A DNA stretch of 64,000 nucleotides from NCBI GenBank assembly GCA_965223155.1, contig CBDCVR010000015.1:128001-192000 (forward strand). Direction: 5' to 3'. The first letter of the stretch is position 1. The number at the start of each line of letters is the position of its first letter. This DNA is from Candidatus Multivoradales bacterium (GTDB lineage Bacteria; Acidobacteriota; Thermoanaerobaculia; Multivoradales; JAHEKO01). This document shows positions 21,752-30,184 of the stretch, in pieces. The notes under the pieces are model-generated. The model saw only the letters and a list, made by a program, of their open reading frames with translations, searched no databases and was not told the DNA's origin. A program made the position numbers and the translations under genes.

Positions 21752-23068
21752 TTACCGCTTCCGGCGCCGGCCCCGCCTGCGACGGCGCTTGCGGGCCGGG
21801 GATCGACCCGGCCGACCGTCCTTCGCACGGGACTTGGCCGGGGCCTTGGACTGCGACCTGGGCCGGGCCTTGGCGACCCGCCGCCAGCGTCTGACTTCCA
21901 CCGGATCCGCGTCCGTGGCCTCGGTCCAAACCTCGTAGACCAGCAGCGCGTCCTCGAAGAATCCGCGGCGCGAGTAGCGCACGCGCTCGCCGGCGTTCCA
22001 GCGCCGACGGGTGAAAGTCCGAAGCGCCAGCAGGCTCTGGGTCACAGACTCGACCTTGTGCTTGGCCAGAGCCAGCCGCCGGAGCAGCGGCGCCACGATC
22101 TCGCCGGCGAGGTCGCGCAGATGCGCGGCCTTGGCGTCGGCGGCGAACATCTTGGGAGCCGCCACCAATACCGACGGCAGGCACAAGCACGCCAGAATCC
22201 CGATCTCGCTCGCCGGATCGCCCTCGGCCGCGCGCCGGTCCATGACCCGGAACATGGTGGAAAAATCCCCTCGTCCCAGCTCCCGCGCTCGGGGAATCGA
22301 GTCAAGCTCCGGAAACAAACGGGACATGATGCCCAGCTCCTGGAGCCACTGCGCCGCACTCGCCGCCTCGCCGCAGCGCATGATCTGGCCGATCTCCTCG
22401 ACCAATCGCGCCGGCGCCGCCTTGTCGATCTCGGCCACCTGCCGGACGATGCCCTCCTGGGTAGCCGGATGGATGGTGAAGCCCAACCGCGCCGCCATCT
22501 CGCAGGCGCGCGTCATGCGGACCGGATCCTCGCGAAATCGAACGTCGGGGTCGCCGATCACCCGGATCACGCTGCGTTCGAGATCCCGCATGCCGTCCAC
22601 GAAATCGATGACGGAGAAGTCGGCGATGTTGTAGAAAAGTGCGTTGACCGTGAAGTCCCGGCGCAGCGCGTCGTCTCCGGGCGTGCCGAAGACGTTGTCG
22701 TCCGTGATCAGGAGCTCGCCCGGCTCGCCGGCCTGGGCTTCGGGATCGGGAGGGCTGCGAAAGGTCGCGACCTCGACGATGCCCTCGCGAAAGTAGATGT
22801 GGGCGAGGCGAAAGCGGCGCCCGATGATGCGTGAGTTCTTGAACAGCCGCCGCACCTGAGGCGGCCGTGCATCGGTGGCGATGTCGTAGTCCTTGGGCGT
22901 CCGGCCCAGTAGCAGATCGCGGGGGGCGCCGCCGACGAGAAAGGCCAGGAAGCCGGCGCGGTGCAGGCGGTACAGAACCTTGAGGGCGTTGCCGTCAATA
23001 CGGCCGCGGGAGATCCGATGCTCAGAGCGCGGAACGATACGAGGCTCTGGGGTCTCCCTGCGGGTCAC
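21752..23068 (-). CDS. pcnB: poly(A) polymerase I (class II nucleotidyltransferase)
   Basis: VGGAPRDLL, DYDIAT, RRDFTVN and EDPVR motifs, the PAP-specific signature IIGRRFRLAHI, and a basic C-terminal tail. Confidence 0.88.
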   Translation of the reverse strand: MTRRETPEPRIVPRSEHRISRGRIDGNALKVLYRLHRAGFLAFLVGGAPRDLLLGRTPKDYDIATDARPPQVRRLFKNSRIIGRRFRLAHIYFREGIVEVATFRSPPDPEAQAGEPGELLITDDNVFGTPGDDALRRDFTVNALFYNIADFSVIDFVDGMRDLERSVIRVIGDPDVRFREDPVRMTRACEMAARLGFTIHPATQEGIVRQVAEIDKAAPARLVEEIGQIMRCGEAASAAQWLQELGIMSRLFPELDSIPRARELGRGDFSTMFRVMDRRAAEGDPASEIGILACLCLPSVLVAAPKMFAADAKAAHLRDLAGEIVAPLLRRLALAKHKVESVTQSLLALRTFTRRRWNAGERVRYSRRGFFEDALLVYEVWTEATDADPVEVRRWRRVAKARPRSQSKAPAKSRAKDGRPGRSPARKRRRRRGRRRKR

Positions 23069-23158
23069 GGCAGCCGATTATAGAGGCCGCCGTCGCCGTG
23101 ACCATGTTTCCCGCCCCGGCTCCGCCGGCTTCCGCCGTGCGGCGGACCGGCAGCGGCC

Positions 23159-23851
23159 TCAGCGAGGCCTACGCCGGGAGTCTCCGCGCGAGCGCGTATC
23201 GACCGCCCCCCGCCGCCGGTACTCGCGATCCCGATCCCGCGATCGGTACTCCCGGTCGCGGTAGCGCTCGGAGCGGTCGCGATCCCTGTAGCGCTCGCCG
23301 TGCCGGTCGCCGTAGCGGCCCTTGAACCCCCGATGCCCGCGATACCCACGATGCCCGCGGTAGGAGCGGCCGCGGTCGAAGTCACGGTAGTGCCGGGACC
23401 GGTATCGCCGGTCGTAGCGGTAGCGATCCGCTCCGTACCGGTGCCGGTAGCTGCCGTAGGGCGCGGCGTCGTAGTAATACCCGGGCACGATCCAGCGGGC
23501 GAACGCGCGGAACGGGTCGAAGCGATGACGGCGAAAGTGGTGGGCCACGACCGGGCAGCCGCCATGGTGATAGGCCTCGCCGCCGGCCAGGTAGCAGCCA
23601 TCGAGACAGTTGTAGCCGGAGTAGCGCAGCCTCGGCGAGGTCCGGTAGTAGTGGTGGTCGAGATGGACTCCAACCCGGGGCCCGCCGAAGCCCAGCGCGA
23701 TCCCGAAGCCTCCCACCGAGACCGAGGCCGCCACCGAGAATTCATTGTGTCCGTAGTGGCCGGCACCGGCTTCGGCGGCCGGAGGGGCGCCAAGCGCCAC
23801 GAGTGCCGCCAGGACCGCGATCGGGCCAAGTCTGGATAGATTGGGTCGCAT
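23159..23851 (-). CDS. secreted His/Tyr/Arg-rich hypothetical protein
   Basis: GAGGAGG SD, signal peptide ending AEA, a Cys/His segment and a low-complexity RDR/RGH tail. Confidence 0.7.
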   Translation of the reverse strand: MRPNLSRLGPIAVLAALVALGAPPAAEAGAGHYGHNEFSVAASVSVGGFGIALGFGGPRVGVHLDHHYYRTSPRLRYSGYNCLDGCYLAGGEAYHHGGCPVVAHHFRRHRFDPFRAFARWIVPGYYYDAAPYGSYRHRYGADRYRYDRRYRSRHYRDFDRGRSYRGHRGYRGHRGFKGRYGDRHGERYRDRDRSERYRDREYRSRDRDREYRRRGAVDTRSRGDSRRRPR

Positions 23852-23953
23852 CGTCGTTCCTCCTCACGGAGTGTCCTTTCACGAGGGATGCCAGCGACGA
23901 GAGGCAAGAGCCGCGCTTGGTTTCCTCGAGCGGGCGTTGCTCGTGTCCCCGTA

Positions 23954-25165
23954 TCAGGACACCAGCGTGGAATCGATGCGGGTCTCGGTCACCAGGGTCC
24001 GGTGCACGGGACAACGCTCCGAGATCTCGAGCAAGCGGCGGCGCTGCTCGTCGGACAGATCGCCGGTCAGTTCCAACTCGATCTGGATGCGGTCGATCTT
24101 GCCGGTCTCGCTCTCGCAGTCCCGGCAGTCGCGAGCGTGAATCTTTTCGTGCGTCAGACGCACCTCGACGGACTCGAGCGGCCAATCCTTGCGGTCCGCG
24201 TACATCCGCAACGTCATCGACTTGCAGGCGCCCAGAGCCGCGAGCAGCAGATCGTAGGGGCCGGGACCCGAATCGGAGCCGCCCATCGACTTGGGCTCGT
24301 CGGCAATCCAGCGATGCCGGCCGGCTCGAACCTCGTTGACCAGCGAGCCACGGGCGGTGACGAACACCTCGCCGTCGGCCAGCGGAGAGCCTTCGTCGAT
24401 CGGCGCCAAGTACCGCGCGGCCCAGGCCGCCACGACGTCGCCGACAGAGTCCGCGTCGGCTCTCCGTTCCAGCAACAGATGGTCGGCGCCCTCCAGGGAG
24501 ACGAAGCTCTTGGGATGCTGGGCCGCCTCATAGAGCCTCCGAGCGTGATCCACCTTCACGATCTGGTCGTCGGGTGAGTGAAGGATGAGAAGCGGCCGGC
24601 CAAGAGCCTCGAGATACGGCCGAACGTCCCAGGTTGCCAAATCGGCCGTGAGCCGCGGCCCGATTGCGACCCGGCGGCCAATGAGCTCGATCTCGACCCC
24701 GACGCCGTCCGCCAGCTCGGGTGCCGCCGCCAGGAGCCGACGCTCGAGATTGTGCGTGTCACTAGGCGCGGCCAGGGTTGCGACCGCCCGCAACTCCGGA
24801 ATCTTGGCTGCCGCCACCAGAGCCGCGAGGCCTCCCAGGCTGTGTCCGAGGACCAAATCGGGCGGCCGGTAGTGGCCGCGAAGAAAGTCGGCGGCGGCCC
24901 GGACGTCCTCGACGTTGGTCCCGAACGTGGTCTCCTGGAACTCTCCGGTGCTTTCGCCCACGCCGGCAAAGTCGAATCGAAAGACAGCCAGGCCCCGCTC
25001 CACCAGCCGACGGCCGACGCGGACCAGACCTTTGGCGTCCTTGCCGCAGGTAAAGCAGTGCGTCAGCAGCGCCAGACCCCGGGGCTCGCCCGCCGGCCGC
25101 TCCAAGCGGCCCGCGAGCTCGGCTCCCCCGCTGCCCGGAAAACGAACTCGCTCGGTCGACGGCAT
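23954..25165 (-). CDS. bifunctional alpha/beta hydrolase-OsmC family protein
   Basis: HCFTCGKD, GHSLGG nucleophile and ADHLL, followed by an OsmC domain (LAALGAC…CPVHRTL). Confidence 0.92.
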   Translation of the reverse strand: MPSTERVRFPGSGGAELAGRLERPAGEPRGLALLTHCFTCGKDAKGLVRVGRRLVERGLAVFRFDFAGVGESTGEFQETTFGTNVEDVRAAADFLRGHYRPPDLVLGHSLGGLAALVAAAKIPELRAVATLAAPSDTHNLERRLLAAAPELADGVGVEIELIGRRVAIGPRLTADLATWDVRPYLEALGRPLLILHSPDDQIVKVDHARRLYEAAQHPKSFVSLEGADHLLLERRADADSVGDVVAAWAARYLAPIDEGSPLADGEVFVTARGSLVNEVRAGRHRWIADEPKSMGGSDSGPGPYDLLLAALGACKSMTLRMYADRKDWPLESVEVRLTHEKIHARDCRDCESETGKIDRIQIELELTGDLSDEQRRRLLEISERCPVHRTLVTETRIDSTLVS

Positions 25166-25323
25166 CGGATCTCGTCCTTTCTGCGAGCCGCCGAATCAGG
25201 TGGCGAACCGGGTTCGGCGGCGAATCGTCGTTTCGCCGCAGCGCGGCGATAAGATCGGCGTTGGCGCGATCGGCCCGCACGGCCGGCCGCCGGCACACCT
25301 TACCGCGACCGACGAGGTACCCG

Positions 25324-26412
25324 ATGACGACCGTATTCTTCACCGGATTTCCAGGATTCCTGGGCTCCGAGCTTCTTCCCCGCGTCCTGACACGCCGCCC
25401 AGAGGCCCGGGCGGTTTGCCTGGTGCAGGCCAAGTTCGCACGCGCCGCTGCCGCCCGGGCGCGCCAGATCGAGGCCGCCCAACCCGACCTCGAAGGCCGC
25501 ATCACCCTGGTCGAAGGCGACATCACCCTGGACGATCTGGGCCTGGAAAACTACCAGGACACCGCCCAGGACGTGCGCGAGATCTATCACCTGGCGGCGG
25601 TCTACGACCTCATGGTCAAGCGCTTGACGGGTCTCAGGATCAACGTGGACGGCACCCGCAACATTCTGGACTTCGCCGAAGCCTGTCCAGGACTCGAGCG
25701 TCTGCAGTACATCTCCACCTGCTACGTCAGCGGCCGGTTCGCCGGGATCTTCCGGGAGGAAGACCTCGACGTCGGCCAGTCGTTCAACAACTACTACGAG
25801 GAAACCAAGTTCCTGGCCGAGGTCGACGTGCAGTCCAGGATGCGCCAGGGTCTGCCGGCCACGATCTACCGGCCCTCGGTGGTGGTCGGCGACAGCCGCA
25901 CCGGAGCGACCCAGAAGTACGACGGACCCTACTTCGTCATTCGCTGGCTCCTGCGTCAGCCTAAGATCGCGGTTCTGCCGGTCGTCGGGGATCCGACGTC
26001 AGTACGCGTCAACCTCGTGCCGAGTGATTTCGTCGTGAACGCTATCGCCTATCTGAGCGGCCGGAAGGAAGCCGCCGGAGCCGTCTATCAGCTTGCCGAT
26101 CCCGCTCCCTTGACCGTAGACGAGCTGGTCGATGCCGTCGGCAAGGCCACCGGCCGCACCGTGGTGCGAGTACCGGCGGTTCGTTCGCTGGCCAAGGCCG
26201 CCCTGGACTACGTTCCAGGCGCCCACCGGTTGATGCAGATTCCGTCGGCAGCGATTGACTACTTCGCACACCCGACCCACTACACCACCGACCGCGCAAG
26301 CACGGACCTGGCTCTCGCGGGGATTACGGTCCCGCGCTTGACCTCCTACTTGCCGACTCTCGTCGACTATGTCCGCGAGCATCCGAACATCGGTTCGGAA
26401 GCGATGATCTGA
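25324..26412 (+). CDS. extended SDR, stand-alone thioester/fatty acyl-CoA reductase-like (male-sterility type)
   Basis: TGFPGFLG, HLAAVYD, YISTCYVSG, YEETK and RPSVVVGDS motifs. Confidence 0.85.
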   Translation: MTTVFFTGFPGFLGSELLPRVLTRRPEARAVCLVQAKFARAAAARARQIEAAQPDLEGRITLVEGDITLDDLGLENYQDTAQDVREIYHLAAVYDLMVKRLTGLRINVDGTRNILDFAEACPGLERLQYISTCYVSGRFAGIFREEDLDVGQSFNNYYEETKFLAEVDVQSRMRQGLPATIYRPSVVVGDSRTGATQKYDGPYFVIRWLLRQPKIAVLPVVGDPTSVRVNLVPSDFVVNAIAYLSGRKEAAGAVYQLADPAPLTVDELVDAVGKATGRTVVRVPAVRSLAKAALDYVPGAHRLMQIPSAAIDYFAHPTHYTTDRASTDLALAGITVPRLTSYLPTLVDYVREHPNIGSEAMI

Positions 26413-26476
26413 AGAGCTCGCCGCCGGCAGGCCCCAGACCCTACGTCCGACCGCCGCACCGAACTGGCCGGCACGT

Positions 26477-26725
26477 CTAGGACAGCGGCGGCTCTTCGGG
26501 CACTGGCAACAACTCGACGGCGCTCTCCCACCAATCGGCGCCGCTGCCGAAGGTCGCACCTTCGTGGACGCAGGGCGAGGCGATGTGATCCCGGCCGACC
26601 ATGGGCTTGCCCACGTGGCGGGACCGGAACGCGGGATAGACCCCGCCACACTCCCTACAGAACCGGCCGAGCAGCCGGCCGCGCCGAGCTTCAGGGATCG
26701 AGCCAGCCGGAGCCAGCCGCGGCAT
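26477..26725 (-). CDS. small hypothetical protein with CxxC and H/C residues
   Basis: Follows ndk closely and contains FCRECGGVYP…DHIASPCVHEG…WWESAV. The start could be 26725 or 26734. Confidence 0.6.
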   Translation of the reverse strand: MPRLAPAGSIPEARRGRLLGRFCRECGGVYPAFRSRHVGKPMVGRDHIASPCVHEGATFGSGADWWESAVELLPVPEEPPLS

Positions 26726-26736
26726 ATGGCGCACGA

Positions 26737-27156
26737 TCAGGCTCCGATGAGCTCGGTCCGGGGGAAGAAGAACGAGAGCTCGATGGCCGCGTTCTCGGGC
26801 GAGTCGCTGCCGTGAATCCCGTTGGTCTCGATCGAGGTTCCATAGAGCGCGCGGATCGTGCCCGCGGCGGCTTCGGCCGGGTTGGTCGCGCCCATGACCT
26901 CACGCAGGTACTTGACGGCGTTCTCGCGCTCCAGCGCCAGAGGCATCACCGGTCCACTGGTCATGAAAGCGACCAGGTCGTCGTAGAAAGGACGTTCCCG
27001 ATGGACCTCGTAAAAGGCGCGGGCCTGGTCCTCCGATAGGCGCATCTTCCGGGTCGCCAGAACCCGGAAGCCCTCGCGCTCGAGATGGGCCAGGATCGCG
27101 CCGGCGTGTCCAGTGCCGACGGTGTCGGGCTTGATGATCGCAAGTGTTCGTTCCAT
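26737..27156 (-). CDS. ndk: nucleoside diphosphate kinase
   Basis: ERTLAIIKPD, GTIRALYG and NGIHGSDS active-site motifs. Confidence 0.97.
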   Translation of the reverse strand: MERTLAIIKPDTVGTGHAGAILAHLEREGFRVLATRKMRLSEDQARAFYEVHRERPFYDDLVAFMTSGPVMPLALERENAVKYLREVMGATNPAEAAAGTIRALYGTSIETNGIHGSDSPENAAIELSFFFPRTELIGA

Positions 27157-27178
27157 GAGTCGGTTCTCTCCTATTGCT

Positions 27179-27913
27179 CTATTCCTCTTCGGAATCGTCC
27201 AAGTCCAGGGAGCCGAAGCCCTGCCAATCGGCCTCCGCTCCGTCCAGAAGCAGCACCGGACCTACCGATTCGATCCGGCCTTGCGGCCCGAACAGCAACG
27301 CCGAGCCGGCCGGCAGTCCGATCCCCCAACGCATTCCCGGCAGCCCCACGAGCTCGCGCAGCCTGCGATCGTGGGCGGGATCAAAGTTGGTCGCCACCGC
27401 CGTCCGCGGCAGCCAGGCCAGACCGGAAAGGGCGTCGCGACCGGTCAGGCTGCGAACCTTGGCCCCGAAGGCCTGAGCCGCGGCGGCGATACCCACGACG
27501 ACACCCCCCTGGCGCGCCAGATCCTCGAGCGCCGCCGGAAAAGGGGTCTCGTCGAAGACCTCCAGCAGCCGGTCGGCGATGCCGCCGCCCAGGTACGCGG
27601 CCGCGCACTCGCCGAGGCGCTCTACGTTCTTGCCGCGCCGCGCGTCCCGCCGGCGGTAGACCGGGACGGTACGCACCTCGCGCCCGACCTCTGGACCGCT
27701 CTGGCCCAGATAGGCCGCGAAGTGGCCGCCGTACTCGTCCGATCCGCTCGCCGTGGGCAGGAAGCCCACGGTCCCGGCCGGCGTCCTGTCCAGCCAGGCT
27801 CGATCCGCGCGCGCGGTCTCGCCGAAGGAAAACTCGCCCCCTCCGACGAGAACCAGCCAGCCCTCACCCCGAACCCGGTCGCTCAGCGCCGGTGCCGACG
27901 GTTCCCGGTCCAT
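27179..27913 (-). CDS. peptidase S51/cyanophycinase-like fold protein lacking catalytic residues
   Basis: LVLVGGGE, FLPTASG and YLGGG motifs, but the nucleophile elbow reads GIAAAA instead of GxSAGA. Confidence 0.7.
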   Translation of the reverse strand: MDREPSAPALSDRVRGEGWLVLVGGGEFSFGETARADRAWLDRTPAGTVGFLPTASGSDEYGGHFAAYLGQSGPEVGREVRTVPVYRRRDARRGKNVERLGECAAAYLGGGIADRLLEVFDETPFPAALEDLARQGGVVVGIAAAAQAFGAKVRSLTGRDALSGLAWLPRTAVATNFDPAHDRRLRELVGLPGMRWGIGLPAGSALLFGPQGRIESVGPVLLLDGAEADWQGFGSLDLDDSEEE

Positions 27914-27936
27914 CTCCCGCTTTCCCGGCCCGCCGG

Positions 27937-28809
27937 CTAGGCGCCGAGCGCCTCGCGCATGGCGTCGCCGATCGCGGCCGGCGACTCGACCACCGAGATC
28001 CCAGCCTCACGCAACACCGTCATCTTCTCGGCGGCGGTGCCCTTGCCTCCCGCGACGATCGCCCCGGCATGGCCCATGCGCCGTCCCGGAGGCGCCGTCT
28101 GCCCGGCGATGAACCCGACGACGGGCCGGTCGAAGTGGTCCCGGACCCATTCGGCCGCGGCCTCCTCGGCCGAGCCGCCGATCTCTCCGATCAGCACCAC
28201 GCCCGCGGTCTCGGAATCGTCCCGGAACGCGGCCAGAGCGTCGATGAAGCTGGTGCCGTTGACCGGGTCGCCGCCGATGCCGACGCAGGTCGACTGGCCC
28301 AGCCCCAGATTGGTCAACTGCCAAACGGCCTCGTAGGTCAACGTCCCCGAGCGGCTGATGACGCCGACGCGCCCGGGCTGATGGATGTGGCCGGGCATGA
28401 TGCCAATCTTGGCCTTTCCGGGCGAGATCACCCCCGGGCAGTTGGGCCCGATGAGCCGCGTCGGATGGTCCTCGAGGAACTCGCTCACTTTAATCATGTC
28501 GTGCACCGGAATGCCCTCGGTGATGCACACCACCAGCTCGACGCCGGCGGAAGCAGCCTCCATCACCGCGTCGGCGGCAAACGGCGGCGGCACGAAGATC
28601 ATGGTGGCGTTGGCGCCGGTCTCGTCCCGCGCCTCTTCGACCGAATCGAACACCGGAATGCCCTCGACTTCCTGCCCGCCCTTGCCCGGGGTCACTCCGG
28701 CGACGACGTTCGTCCCGTAGTCCCGGCAGCCGAGAGCATGAAACCCGCCTTCGTTGCCGGTAATGCCCTGGACCAGGAGCTTCGTCTCGTTATCTACCCA
28801 GATCGCCAT
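27937..28809 (-). CDS. sucD: succinyl-CoA synthetase alpha subunit
   Basis: [23 protein letters not shown] and RMGHAGA phospho-His motifs. Confidence 0.97.
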   Translation of the reverse strand: MAIWVDNETKLLVQGITGNEGGFHALGCRDYGTNVVAGVTPGKGGQEVEGIPVFDSVEEARDETGANATMIFVPPPFAADAVMEAASAGVELVVCITEGIPVHDMIKVSEFLEDHPTRLIGPNCPGVISPGKAKIGIMPGHIHQPGRVGVISRSGTLTYEAVWQLTNLGLGQSTCVGIGGDPVNGTSFIDALAAFRDDSETAGVVLIGEIGGSAEEAAAEWVRDHFDRPVVGFIAGQTAPPGRRMGHAGAIVAGGKGTAAEKMTVLREAGISVVESPAAIGDAMREALGA

Positions 28810-29996
28810 CACGCCTCTCCTGTCTCGGCCGCGGCGTTGCCGGCTGCGGCCACGACCTTCTCGGCGGCGTCGGCCATGTGCCCCGCCACCTGGAAGTCGA
28901 AGTCGGCTTCCTTGAGGATCCTGCGGCCTTCTTCGACGTTGGTTCCCTCCAGCCGGACGATCACCGGGACCTTGACGTCGCCCAGCTCCTCGATGGCGGC
29001 GACGACGCCGCGAGCGATGCGATCGGTACGCGCGATCCCGCCGAAGATGTTGATAAGCACCGCCCGTACGCTGGCGTCGGAGATCAGGATGCGGAAGGCG
29101 TTCTTGACCGCTTCCTGACTGGCCGAGCCGCCCACGTCCAGGAAGTTGGCCGGCTCGGCGCCGTAGAGCTTGATGATGTCCATGGTCGCCATGGCCAGGC
29201 CCGCGCCGTTGACCATGCAGCCGATCTCGCCGTCCAGCTTGATGTAGTTGAGATCGAACTCGGAAGCCTCGACCTCGAGCGGGTCTTCCTCGGCCAGATC
29301 CCGCATCGCCTCGATGTCCCGATGCCGGAAGAGCGCGTTGCCGTCGAACGACATCTTGGCGTCGAGGGCCATGACACGGCCGTCGCCGGTCACCAGGAGG
29401 GGGTTGATCTCGACCAGCGACGCGTCGGTGGCGAGATAGGCCCCGACCAGGGCGGAGACGAGCTTGGCGCCTTCCCGGGCGGTCTTGCCGGTCAGTCCCA
29501 ACAGGCGCGCCACCCGGCGCGCCTGAAAGGGCTGAAGGCCCAGGTGCGGATCCACCGGCTGCCGGATGATGGCCTCGGGTGTCTCTGCCGCGACCTCTTC
29601 GATGTCCATGCCTCCCGAAGCCGAAGCCATCACCAGAGGGCGGCCGTGCTCACGGTCCAGAATCACGCTTAGATAGAGCTCCCGGTCGATGTCCACCGCC
29701 TCCTCGACGAGCAGCCGCCGCACCTTCTGTCCCTCGGGCCCGGTCTGCTTGGTGACCAGCTGCATCCCCAGAATCGACTCGGCCAAGTCTCGGGCCTCCT
29801 CCGGAGAGCCGGCCAGCTTGACGCCGCCGCCTTTGCCCCGGCCGCCGGCGTGAATCTGTGCCTTGACCACGCACCGCCCGCCCAGCTCGGCGCACACATC
29901 AGAGGCCTTCGAGGCATCTTCGATCATCTCGCCGCGCGGCGTCGGGACGCCGTGTTGGCGCAGGATCTCCTTGGCTTGATACTCGTGAATCTTCAC
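28809..29996 (-). CDS. sucC: succinyl-CoA synthetase beta subunit
   Basis: [34 protein letters not shown] and NIFGGI motifs. Confidence 0.97.
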   Translation of the reverse strand: MKIHEYQAKEILRQHGVPTPRGEMIEDASKASDVCAELGGRCVVKAQIHAGGRGKGGGVKLAGSPEEARDLAESILGMQLVTKQTGPEGQKVRRLLVEEAVDIDRELYLSVILDREHGRPLVMASASGGMDIEEVAAETPEAIIRQPVDPHLGLQPFQARRVARLLGLTGKTAREGAKLVSALVGAYLATDASLVEINPLLVTGDGRVMALDAKMSFDGNALFRHRDIEAMRDLAEEDPLEVEASEFDLNYIKLDGEIGCMVNGAGLAMATMDIIKLYGAEPANFLDVGGSASQEAVKNAFRILISDASVRAVLINIFGGIARTDRIARGVVAAIEELGDVKVPVIVRLEGTNVEEGRRILKEADFDFQVAGHMADAAEKVVAAAGNAAAETGEA

Positions 29997-30184
29997 GTTC
30001 CTCTCCTGTCCGCTGTCGTTGGAATCGGAGCGCGCGGCCGACGGCTCCCGGGACCGGTGAGTCTATCAGTTCGATTGGGCGGCACGAGGCTCCTCTCGAA
30101 GCGCCGGCACGGCCCGTCCGCGGGGATCTGGAAACGCTACCGGAGCGGCCTAGCGGCCCCCCAAACGATCGTCCAGAGGCTCGC

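Noticed and set aside
23878-23893. Sigma-54-like TGGCAT-N5-GTGA upstream of the His/Arg-rich gene
   Set aside because: The -12 element deviates too much from TTGC to support a call
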